Shown here: piece by piece, positions 21,100 through 29,510 of the stretch | Position numbering within the stretch: position 1 is the first letter of the stretch | Layout of the letters: each line of letters opens with the position of its first letter | Assembly: GCA_016699105.1 (NCBI GenBank) | Contig: CP064960.1 | Location: 1,223,436-1,287,435 of the forward strand | Reading direction: 5' to 3' | DNA from: a bacterium | GTDB lineage: Bacteria; Patescibacteriota; Saccharimonadia; UBA4664 | DNA: 64,000 bases | The notes under the pieces: model-generated | What the model was told of the DNA's origin: nothing | What the model saw: only the letters and a program-made list of their open reading frames with translations | The model's database searches: none | Position numbers and translations under genes: made by a program

Positions 21100-21128
21100 T
21101 TGACAATACTGTATCGTTATGTTAATGT
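21100..21128 (+). promoter_or_regulatory. sigma70-like promoter (TTGACA-17-TAATGT) upstream of Ubl gene
   Basis: Consensus -35 and near-consensus -10 with 17-nt spacer ~60 nt upstream of the GGAGG RBS/ATG at 21191. Confidence 0.35.
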
Positions 21129-21190
21129 CGAATAGTTGCAGGAGCACAAGGCTCCCGCCGCTTTAACAAATTCGAGTCCTGGAGGACGCA

Positions 21191-21424
21191 ATGGGCAACA
21201 CGACGACCACCATCAAGCTGCCGGGGAAGAAGAACAAGATCAAGCTTGTGCTTGAAGGGATGACTGTCCGCGAAGCGCTCGTGGCCGCCGCCTCGGCGCT
21301 CGGAGTCGACTTCAACGTCGACAGCCACGTGGCTGTCGCTGACGGCGTGCCGGTCGAGGACGTCGACGAGACCGTCGGCCCCGTCACGGCGATCGACGCC
21401 ACCACCCGCGCCAAGCTCGGCTGA
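21191..21424 (+). CDS. ubiquitin-like beta-grasp protein with C-terminal Gly (BilA/ThiS-MoaD-like Ubl)
   Basis: 77 aa, alternating hydrophobic beta-strand pattern (KIKLVLEGMTVREAL...VAVADGVPV), ends ...AKLG-stop. Strong RBS. Adjacent to JAB and E1 genes. Confidence 0.5.
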   Translation: MGNTTTTIKLPGKKNKIKLVLEGMTVREALVAAASALGVDFNVDSHVAVADGVPVEDVDETVGPVTAIDATTRAKLG

Positions 21425-21742
21425 ACAACCCGCTCATCCAGAGCGGGGCAGTCATCCAGGACTAACAAATCTGTGAAGACAGCTGGGTAAGCAACCGTGA
21501 TGTTGCAGCGGTGCGCAAGCACTGTCTCCATCCACCCCAGCCAATTATGCTATTGGAGGATACACCGCAACGGCTATCACCAACGATGCCATCACAACCC
21601 ACGGCACGTATTTTAAAAAACTACTATAATAATTGCCGTGGGGCAAAGACTGGTGTGTTAGCATGTTGGCTACGGGGTGACCCACTGAGAGACCCAGGTG
21701 ATAATCCTGGCCAGAAACGTTTGTTCGAAGTTGGCTGCTTGG

Positions 21743-21786
21743 GCCCGCCGCACTTTAAAAGTGCGGCGGGCTCTCTCCATTTATAA
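21743..21786 (+). terminator. GC-rich hairpin (11-bp stem GCCCGCCGCAC/GTGCGGCGGGC) followed by TCTCTCCATTTATAAA
   Basis: Perfect inverted repeat with 7-nt loop ~320 nt downstream of the Ubl gene. Shares tail motif with hairpin at 21015. Confidence 0.4.
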
Positions 21787-21804
21787 ACATCTTGTCTCCA
21801 AAGA

Positions 21805-21865
21805 TTGACTTTCCATAGTATTTATGATATAAAGAAATGAGTGCTTATCTGTTGACATCGTCAAC
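21805..21865 (+). promoter_or_regulatory. promoter (TTGACT-17-TATAAA) followed by perfect palindrome GTTGACatcGTCAAC (candidate operator) upstream of JAB-E1 genes
   Basis: -35/-10 at 21805-21833; 6-3-6 palindrome at 21851-21865; second TTGACA at 21884; RBS GGAG before ATG 21918. Confidence 0.35.
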
Positions 21866-21917
21866 ACCCGAAAGCGCGCAAGCTTGACAATAATTACTCA
21901 AAAACCTGGAGCCCATC

Positions 21918-22526
21918 ATGGAGATGCTCATCCCGCTGTCCGGCACTGACCCTACGGCAACGGCACCAAATCTGGTGTATAGCGGACCGCAATACGATAC
22001 TATCTGTTGCTACGCTCAGACGGCCGGCCACAGAGAAGTGATGGGATACTCGTTTGCGGTACCTATGGAAGCGCCACGTGCATCACGTACTGAGTGGTTC
22101 CGGGTGCTACCGGATCTCATCATCCCTCGGCAGGTTGTGTCCGAAGCTGGCGTCGACGTCATGCCCGAAGGCGAAAGTGCCGTCGGACATATGGAAGATG
22201 CTCTTGATGAGCGATACGCCGAGGAATTCCCCGATGGCGTGACCCGAGTGATGTGGCATAGTCATATGGGAGGCCATGCAGGCTTTTCAGACAAAGACGT
22301 CAATACACATCACAACTTCGCGTTGTGGCCGTTCATGATGTTCGTGGTGGTCAACCGCTACGGTGAAGCGTCGGGCAACTTCGAGCAATACCAGCCCCGT
22401 CGCATGGGTGGTCCACTCAACTTGTGGGTAGCCCGGGAAGTCCCGGATGCACTAACCATCACAGCCACTATCAAGCAGCAATGCGTGATCAGGAAGTTAC
22501 CGGCGCGGAAGTCGCCTCGAGCCTAA
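21918..22526 (+). CDS. JAB/MPN (JAMM) metallopeptidase, deubiquitinase-like
   Basis: JAMM motif HSHMGGHAGFSDKD (H-x-H-x7-S-x2-D) with upstream Glu; ~200 aa. Confidence 0.7.
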   Translation: MEMLIPLSGTDPTATAPNLVYSGPQYDTICCYAQTAGHREVMGYSFAVPMEAPRASRTEWFRVLPDLIIPRQVVSEAGVDVMPEGESAVGHMEDALDERYAEEFPDGVTRVMWHSHMGGHAGFSDKDVNTHHNFALWPFMMFVVVNRYGEASGNFEQYQPRRMGGPLNLWVAREVPDALTITATIKQQCVIRKLPARKSPRA

Positions 22527-22535
22527 GGAGCTCTT

Positions 22536-23309
22536 GTGAACACGATCGTTGACCCGTTCAAGAACTGGCCCATCGTCTCCAATGTGACGGCGATAGACGA
22601 CGAGGAGCGCGGTTGCACCGTCTACACCGCCAGCCACGACGTGGAGATCGACTTCAGTCAACAGACTGGCTGGTTCGACCCGAACAAGTATGTGGGCGGC
22701 GTCACCATCATCGGCGCGGGTGGCATTGGTTGCAACGTGGCCTTCGAGCTCCTCACCATGGGGGTCAAGGACATCACGCTGTACGACCATGACGACGTAG
22801 AGCCGCACAACCTGGCGAGCCAGAAGGCCTACCGCCTGGTGGACCTGGGCAAACCCAAGGTTCGTGCGTTGGCTCGACTGTTGTTGGAGTACGGCGCCGA
22901 CACGGTAACGGTCTATCAGCGGCGCTTCACGGGCGATGACGTCATCACTACTCCGTTGGTGATTGGCGCCGTCGACTCCATGGCGTCTCGCCAGCTCATC
23001 TGGGATGCCATTACCAATTCTCCAAATGTTCAGTTCTACCTCGACGGCCGGCTGAACAAGCAGACAGCCCAGATCTGCGCTGTCGAACCGTTCGACCCAG
23101 ACTGGTACACCAAGACCTGGCTGTTCCCGGACGAGATGGCGCCTACCGACGCCACCTGCACCATGAGAACTGTCGTCTTTCCGGCGACCGCCATGGCTGC
23201 CATCATGTGCCGGCACATCAGCCGGTGGTTCCTTGGTCAGCCAGTCGTCCAGTTCGCGCAGTTCGATCTCGATGAGTTCGCCCTGACTGTGTATGGCGAC
23301 ATCGAGTAA
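22536..23309 (+). CDS. E1-like ubiquitin-activating enzyme (ThiF/MoeB/HesA family)
   Basis: Rossmann nucleotide motif VTIIGAGGIGCNVAFELLTMGVKDITLYDHDDVEPHNLASQ, conserved Arg/Asp of the adenylation site. GTG start with AAGGAG RBS, 10 nt after the JAB stop. Confidence 0.75.
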   Translation: MNTIVDPFKNWPIVSNVTAIDDEERGCTVYTASHDVEIDFSQQTGWFDPNKYVGGVTIIGAGGIGCNVAFELLTMGVKDITLYDHDDVEPHNLASQKAYRLVDLGKPKVRALARLLLEYGADTVTVYQRRFTGDDVITTPLVIGAVDSMASRQLIWDAITNSPNVQFYLDGRLNKQTAQICAVEPFDPDWYTKTWLFPDEMAPTDATCTMRTVVFPATAMAAIMCRHISRWFLGQPVVQFAQFDLDEFALTVYGDIE

Positions 23310-23607
23310 GTCAAGTACCGGCGGCGTCCATCCTCGTGATGGACGCCGCAACTCCTTTTATAATCAAACTATTAATTTCTATTATTTAGACTGACGGTGT
23401 AGTGGACTCAGATGGCTCAGGCGTACTTGAGCCATCTGGAACCGGAGTACCGAGCTTAAAAGCAGCATTGGCGGCGTCGGCGGCCAGTACTTGGCCACTA
23501 ATGCTGTCGGCAGCAGCACTCACTTCACCGTCAGCGGTGGTATCTTGCTCAGCAATATTGCTGGCAGTAGCCGCCAATCCGGCCGGACTCGAATCGGTTG
23601 TAGTCCG

Positions 23608-23721
23608 TCAATTGGTTACGCCATTATAAATAGCTCCTCCTATGACCGCGAGAATGATAGCGATTGCAATCAGCTCGAGAACAATCGCACCACCGTGTTG
23701 GTTGCGGATAATCTTCACCAA
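23608..23721 (-). CDS. Flp/Fap-like type IV pilin-type small protein (37 aa)
   Basis: Unlisted ORF (TTG/GTG start, AGGAA RBS) LVKIIRNQHGGAIVLELIAIAIILAVIGGAIYNGVTN. Gly followed by hydrophobic helix with Glu at +5, as in prepilin cleavage motifs. Its TGA stop is in frame with a downstream 63-aa A/S/T-rich ORF. Confidence 0.4.
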   Translation of the reverse strand: MVKIIRNQHGGAIVLELIAIAIILAVIGGAIYNGVTN

Positions 23722-23814
23722 TGAGAATTCCTATTTAACTTATGGTAATAATGTACCATTGCTGGGCTGAAGTAAAGCTGGTCATATCTGATATTTCCCC
23801 TGTATGATACATGT

Positions 23815-25950
23815 ATGAATACACTAGCTCTTTTAATCAACCGCTTACCTGTCTTCATTGTCGCATTGGGTCTCCTCCTCAGCGTGGGTGCTGGATATTA
23901 TGGCCTGCGAGTGTTCGATCATCTGAGTTCCGGTGGCTACGGCGATCCGGCTTCGGAGTCGTGGCGGGCTCAAGAGATACTCACTGAGCAATTCGATGGT
24001 CAGCGGACCGACGTTATATTGCTTCTCGAAACAACCGATGGTTCGGCTGTCACTACAGGTAATTTTACCAGTATCGCTCAGCGGATTTTGGCTGAAGCTG
24101 CAGCCACAGACGGTGTCGACAGGGTGACGAGCTACTATTCGACGGGTGCCGCGCAATTTGTTTCTAAGGACGGCCGGCAGACATTTGCCAGTTTGTCACT
24201 AGCGGGGAAAACTGATCAGGATCATCTCAAAGTCTACGAGCAGTTGACCGAACGTTGGCCAGATGAAGTCGATGGTCTCAAATTGAAATTTGGCGGATCG
24301 GTGGCCATCAATCAGCAGATCAGTAACCAGATTTCTGAGGATCTCAAACGCGCTGAAATGCTGAGCTTCCCTATTCTGGCCGTATTGCTGGTGTTGGTAT
24401 TTCGGAGCGTGGTGGCAGCGCTAGTGCCGCTGGGACTGGGGGCATTGAGCATTATAGTGGCCTTTGCACTCACCCGTTTGATTACGACAGTCACCGATGT
24501 GTCAGTGTATGCCATTAACGTTATTACCTTCATGGGACTGGGGCTGGCCATCGACTATAGTTTGTTTTTGGTCAGCCGATTTCGGGAAGAATTGGCCGCC
24601 GGTGCCACCTCCGATCAGGCGACGCGGATTACTTTGCGCACAGCTGGCCGGACGGTAGGATTTAGCGCCCTGACCGTAGTGCTGTGTTTGTTTGGATTGA
24701 CGATATTTCCGCAGCAATTCTTACAAAGTATGGGTTATGGCGGAGCGGCGGTAGTTGCAGCCACGGCACTGCTGGCTCTGACGGTACTGATGGCAGTATT
24801 GCGGCTACTGGGAGGACGGATTAACGCCTGGGCCTTACCGGGACTACATGCCCACGTCTCGCGGGAACCAGAACATGGATTTTGGTACCGTTATAGTCAT
24901 TTTGTGATGCGTCGGCCAGTCGCGATGTTGGTGTTGGCGCTCGGCTTGCTTTTGGCGGTCGGTTGGCCCTTCCTGAGAGCCCAATATACCCTGCCGGACG
25001 GCACATCGGTACCAACCAACTTGTCGAGCCGCTACGTGACTGATAGTTTGCAAAACAACTTTGCCAGCAGTGGAAGCGCTTTGAATGTAATACTTGAAGC
25101 TGATGGCCTGGTCACAGATGTGGCGCGGCAAACAGCCTTGCGCGCCTACACCGAGCGCTTGGCGGATGTCGAAGGAATTGGTGCTGCCCGAGTAACGGGT
25201 GTGAACGGCGCATTCGTCTTCGTTCAAGCCACCGAAAACAACCCCAGCCAGTCCGAGGCAGCCCGTGAGACCGTTGATCGCGTGCGGGCATTGGCGCCAC
25301 CAGATGCCTGGCAAGTCTATGTTGGCGGCCAATCAGCAGAGTTGGTCGATACATTGGATGGCATCGTACGGCAATTACCATGGGCACTACTCATCATCGC
25401 TGAAACGACATTTGTCCTGTTTGTACTTATGCTCGGAAGTGTGGTCATCCCGATTAAGGCGATGATCTTGAATATATTGTCGTTATCAGCAGCCTTCGGA
25501 TTGCTTGTATGGCTATTTCAAGACAGGCATTTGGCGGGTCTATTACACTTATCAGCCAATGGGAGTCTGGACGCCAACCAACCGGTGCTGATCTTTGCCA
25601 TAGCGTTTGGATTAGCGATGGATTATGAATTGTTTTTGTTGTCGCGAGTGAAAGAAGCCTATGACCGTACCGGCGACAATACGCTGGCGGTGGCTGAAGG
25701 CGTCGAGCGGACTGCGGGAATCATTACTTCCGCCGCCATTATGTTGGTGGTCGTAATCGGGCTATTTGCTACCAGTAAGATTTCCATCATTCAGCAAGTC
25801 GGGATAGGACTGGCAGCAGCGGTACTGATCGATGCGACCATCGTGCGTATGGTACTGGTGCCAGCAACTATGCAAATTCTGGGCAAGTACAATTGGTGGG
25901 CGCCAGCTTGGGTGAAACGGTTAGTTAATCGAGCAGGGTTACAGGATTAG
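23815..25950 (+). CDS. MMPL family RND-superfamily transporter
   Basis: 711 aa, two 6-TM bundles each followed by extracytoplasmic domains; MMPL signature blocks (..LSLLAAFGL.., ..AMDYELFLLSRVKE..). Confidence 0.8.
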   Translation: MNTLALLINRLPVFIVALGLLLSVGAGYYGLRVFDHLSSGGYGDPASESWRAQEILTEQFDGQRTDVILLLETTDGSAVTTGNFTSIAQRILAEAAATDGVDRVTSYYSTGAAQFVSKDGRQTFASLSLAGKTDQDHLKVYEQLTERWPDEVDGLKLKFGGSVAINQQISNQISEDLKRAEMLSFPILAVLLVLVFRSVVAALVPLGLGALSIIVAFALTRLITTVTDVSVYAINVITFMGLGLAIDYSLFLVSRFREELAAGATSDQATRITLRTAGRTVGFSALTVVLCLFGLTIFPQQFLQSMGYGGAAVVAATALLALTVLMAVLRLLGGRINAWALPGLHAHVSREPEHGFWYRYSHFVMRRPVAMLVLALGLLLAVGWPFLRAQYTLPDGTSVPTNLSSRYVTDSLQNNFASSGSALNVILEADGLVTDVARQTALRAYTERLADVEGIGAARVTGVNGAFVFVQATENNPSQSEAARETVDRVRALAPPDAWQVYVGGQSAELVDTLDGIVRQLPWALLIIAETTFVLFVLMLGSVVIPIKAMILNILSLSAAFGLLVWLFQDRHLAGLLHLSANGSLDANQPVLIFAIAFGLAMDYELFLLSRVKEAYDRTGDNTLAVAEGVERTAGIITSAAIMLVVVIGLFATSKISIIQQVGIGLAAAVLIDATIVRMVLVPATMQILGKYNWWAPAWVKRLVNRAGLQD

Positions 25951-26183
25951 TTAGTAGCGTGGAAACGACGCTGGATTTTCGAGCCATTCCCGATAAATAG
26001 AATCAACATTAGAATTATCAATATGTCTCTAGAATAGTGTTATATTGAGCATAATATATCTGGAATTAGCATGGAATCACTAAAAATTTATCGTTAAATT
26101 TACTTGGCCTTGCCATCCTCATAGGTTCAGTAGCACTAAGTTTACTATTATTAGTATTCGGCGGAACATTCGCGGTAGGATTA

Positions 26184-27101
26184 TTGCCATTCCTCATCAC
26201 TTCATCGGTTTGGGCAATAGTCGGCACTGTATTGATTTTGATTCCCTTATTGGTATTCCCATCTTTTCGCCATGGTATAGCGGCAATTATCTTGTTAGAA
26301 TCTTTGCTTTTTGGACTAAGCCTCTGGGTGTACAGCTTTCTGGTCACATATTCAAATTTTGGATTTATTGGTTTAATGATTGGTTTAATTTTCGCCGGTG
26401 TAGGGGTTACACCTTTGGCAATTATCGCTGTGCTGATACATAGTGATTGGTCTGTTTTCTGGAATCTAATTTATTTGTTTACTCTAACGATTGGTTCTAG
26501 AATAATCGCTTTTCAACTTGACGAATGGTCACTAAATACAACTTCAAGCGTTACTACCGACCGCGAACCAAAGATAGTCGCGGCGAATCGTGAACCAACT
26601 AGACCAAAGAATATCGCAGCCGTCAATAAGCTAAGTATTAAACGAAACCTAGATATAGGCTCAAAGCCACGGCATATAAACCAAGTTGTACTAGTCAATC
26701 AATTATCTGCTATAAAAACTGCTGATGCTTTGCCCCATCGATTACCGTCAAAGCCAGACTTACTTAAATCGAGATATGCGAGATTAGAAAGCCAAACGCT
26801 GTGGCGTGCCATCAAAGTTTTATATTGGCTATTAACTACCGTCGTATGCGTAACTTTTGTAATCGCTAGCATATCTGATAAAGCACATATGTACTCAGCG
26901 ATAATGACCAGTGCTATCACAATTCTTACAATGACATTTATCTACATTTTACTAAAAAAGATGGCAATATATGTTGCATATGGCTCCATTAGAGGCAAAT
27001 ATGAAATCGAAAGAATTCCATATGTATCTTTAGCAATCCTTTTAATGTTAGCTGCTGCCATAGCTGGCCTATACACCTATGTGCAAATGAACACAAATTA
27101 A
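26184..27101 (+). CDS. hypothetical polytopic membrane protein (AT-rich island)
   Basis: 305-aa ORF with multiple TM helices, AT-rich codon usage unlike flanks; no recognisable domain. Confidence 0.3.
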   Translation: MPFLITSSVWAIVGTVLILIPLLVFPSFRHGIAAIILLESLLFGLSLWVYSFLVTYSNFGFIGLMIGLIFAGVGVTPLAIIAVLIHSDWSVFWNLIYLFTLTIGSRIIAFQLDEWSLNTTSSVTTDREPKIVAANREPTRPKNIAAVNKLSIKRNLDIGSKPRHINQVVLVNQLSAIKTADALPHRLPSKPDLLKSRYARLESQTLWRAIKVLYWLLTTVVCVTFVIASISDKAHMYSAIMTSAITILTMTFIYILLKKMAIYVAYGSIRGKYEIERIPYVSLAILLMLAAAIAGLYTYVQMNTN

Positions 27102-27328
27102 ACAAACCTCTAGTGGTGCCATCTCGCTGGTCAGTCGCGCTGAGTTGGTTTTATCATGTCTTTTAAAAAGTTTCGTAAAATCGACATTCATTCGTCTACC
27201 GAACCCTGCTCTATGGGTTATCGGGCTCAGGTCCAGTGTTCTCCGATACAAACCTGACACAATGATCGGGATTTTGCATTGGAAGTCCTGTGTCGGCAGC
27301 CTCAGAACTTATCTTAGACCGATAACAT

Positions 27329-28751
27329 CTACATCATCAAGAAATAGTCCAAAGGTACGGCAACAACAGTATTTTGGGCTAGAAGTTGCAAAGGTCCGTC
27401 AGATACCGATAGGCCGTAATCACATTTTACGCGTTGCATTGTTGTAACGACCTGCCGAGAAGTTTTATCGCCGCGTCCAACCTCAATGGCAATTTGCCTT
27501 CGTGCGCCAATTTTTAAAATAAAATCCGCCCCTCCTTCTGCACTATCATATGTGATAGAACCTGCACCTTTTGACGCGAATTCTCTGTAAAGATGTAGAC
27601 CCGCTACGTCTTCTAGTAGACGTCCCTCACGGGTCATGGACGTACCTTGCGATCCAGCAACACTAAAGAATGCTGCACGGATTGTCGGGCTCATAAAAAG
27701 GAATTTTGATGGCTTTTTTGAAGCATTTAATGCCGATCCTTGCGGCATAACACGGACAAGCAGTTCAGCCTGCACTAAAGCATCCAGGACTGTGGCAATC
27801 GTAATATGGCTTATGCCAAGTACTCGCGAGAGCTTAATATTACTTATGGCGTCGCTCTCGGCCAAAATGAATAGAAGGCGTTTTACTGCAAGTACCGTAT
27901 CGGCGTCGAACTTTCCTAACTCTTGAATATCTCGAGATACGACTTTATCCACCGTAGCTAGGACTGCGTCATAAACGTCGGGTAAAGTACGTTCTGCGAG
28001 CGCAAAAGGTAGACTACCGGCTGCTAGGTAATGTCGGACATGCCTTTTATCTGCGCGCGCCCAATACTGGTTAACTCTAACTTCTAGCGTCTTAAGATTT
28101 TTGTAAACCTCACTGGCTGACGTTGACGAATACAGGGCATCTTTCACTGCCTGCTTGAGGCTTGGATTGCTCGAAGGGTAGATGTCTCTGGCTAGCATCT
28201 CGTATTCACAGAAGCTTAACGGGTAAAGTTTTTCAACACTAGCACGCCGACCCGATATATCTGCACTGGCCTGAATATGTACGGCCGATGATCCCGAACA
28301 TGCCAAGAAGACCCTTTTCGATCGATCATTGAGAGACTTGAGTACGGCAGCCCAGTTAGGGTCAGCCTGGACTTCATCGATGAGGATTATAGTTGGCTTA
28401 TTTTGGGCTTCATATGTCTCGCCCAATAGGCTTTCATACTCATTAAGTATCGCGTTAAGGTTGGCCCCAACTAGCTCTATCGCTTCATCCAGAGAGAAAT
28501 ATAGAAGATTAACACTATCTCCATACCGAGCAACTACATCATAATATGTCTGAGCAAGAATAGTCGTTTTGCCGGTACCACGAAGTCCCGATAATTACCC
28601 AATTTTTATGGTAGGGTGTCTCCTCCATAAATTGACGAATGTATTGCTCGGCTTTTACATAAATGTGACGTTTTGGGTAAAACTTTCCCTTTTGGATTAA
28701 AAACATACTTTTGTAGACGCTGCTTACCGGATGCAAGTTGGCGCTGCACAT
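27329..28751 (-). CDS. AAA+ ATPase of the COG1373 / AAA_14-DUF4143 family (homopolymer frameshift near the P-loop)
   Basis: Walker A GLRGTGKTT and Walker B IILIDEVQ; C-terminal DUF4143-like region. Adding one G in GGG joins NWVIIG|GLRGTGKTT. Start uncertain. Confidence 0.6.
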
Positions 28752-29072
28752 AATTTAATACATCTTGGTTCATATCTATTACTATACTCCATTTATATAA
28801 TAGGGCAAGTCTTTATATGATTACACTTTAGTAATATACTCTGATTATATTTAAGACCTTGACAAAAGCAAGGGCAGACCAAGCTTTCTATGGCTTACAA
28901 CTATAGACAAGCCAAAAAAACGGAACACAAGATTTCGCTTTTTTTGGAAAAAGGCTCTTTTTTGGCCAATAGCTCTGATAAGCCTCTACAGTGGCCGTCG
29001 TTTAAGTGACTTACCTCGTCGATGAAACTCTGCCTTGCAAGCTGACGGGTTCGGGTTCGGTGTTCTCAATAT

Positions 29073-29099
29073 AAAACCCCAAGACAAGCTTGGGGTTTT
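29073..29099 (-). terminator. bidirectional rho-independent terminator (AAAACCCCAAG-acaag-CTTGGGGTTTT) downstream of tRNA-Ala
   Basis: 7-bp GC stem flanked by A-run and T-run. Confidence 0.6.
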
Positions 29100-29103
29100 A
29101 TAT

Positions 29104-29179
<76 letters not shown>

Positions 29180-29269
29180 ACATATTCAACTAACAGGACA
29201 TAATCTAGCAAAAATGCACCTTTTACGCAAGGCTACGGCAGGTAACGCATCCCAAATACGACAGCAGCA

Positions 29270-29490
29270 GTGAGACCACCGAGGATAACAGCAATAAATA
29301 AAAAGCCCATTGTCATACCAACTCCGAGGCGAAACCATCTTGGTAGGTAAGGTGCTTGCGGGGCGCGGCGATGGCATCGGATAGAAAATTGTCTTCGGCT
29401 ACAAATTTGGGTTTGGGCTTGGATTTGGATTTATTATTGACCGGAACCGCTGTTTCTTCACTTTCTAGGAGCTCGCCTGAATCAGCCATG
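29270..29490 (-). CDS. small tail-anchored hypothetical protein (possible 1-nt frameshift)
   Basis: MADSGELLESEETAVPVNNKSKSKPKPKF... hydrophilic N-terminus. An ATG-initiated TM segment (MTMGFLFIAVILGGLTAAVVFGMRYLP) follows in the +1 frame after a TGA. Weak. Confidence 0.2.
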
Positions 29491-29510
29491 ATGTTTGTAT
29501 AGTCCTTATG

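Noticed and set aside
21511-21786. 91-aa ORF in the Ubl-JAB spacer
   Set aside because: - Low-complexity Pro/Gly-rich translation that runs through the GC hairpin and promoter elements.
- No RBS; more likely non-coding regulatory spacer.
22497-23351. 284-aa minus-strand ORF fully overlapping the E1-like gene
   Set aside because: - Arg/Gly/Val-rich antisense translation of a GC-rich coding region with no motif.
- The plus-strand E1 gene has clear ThiF motifs and an RBS.
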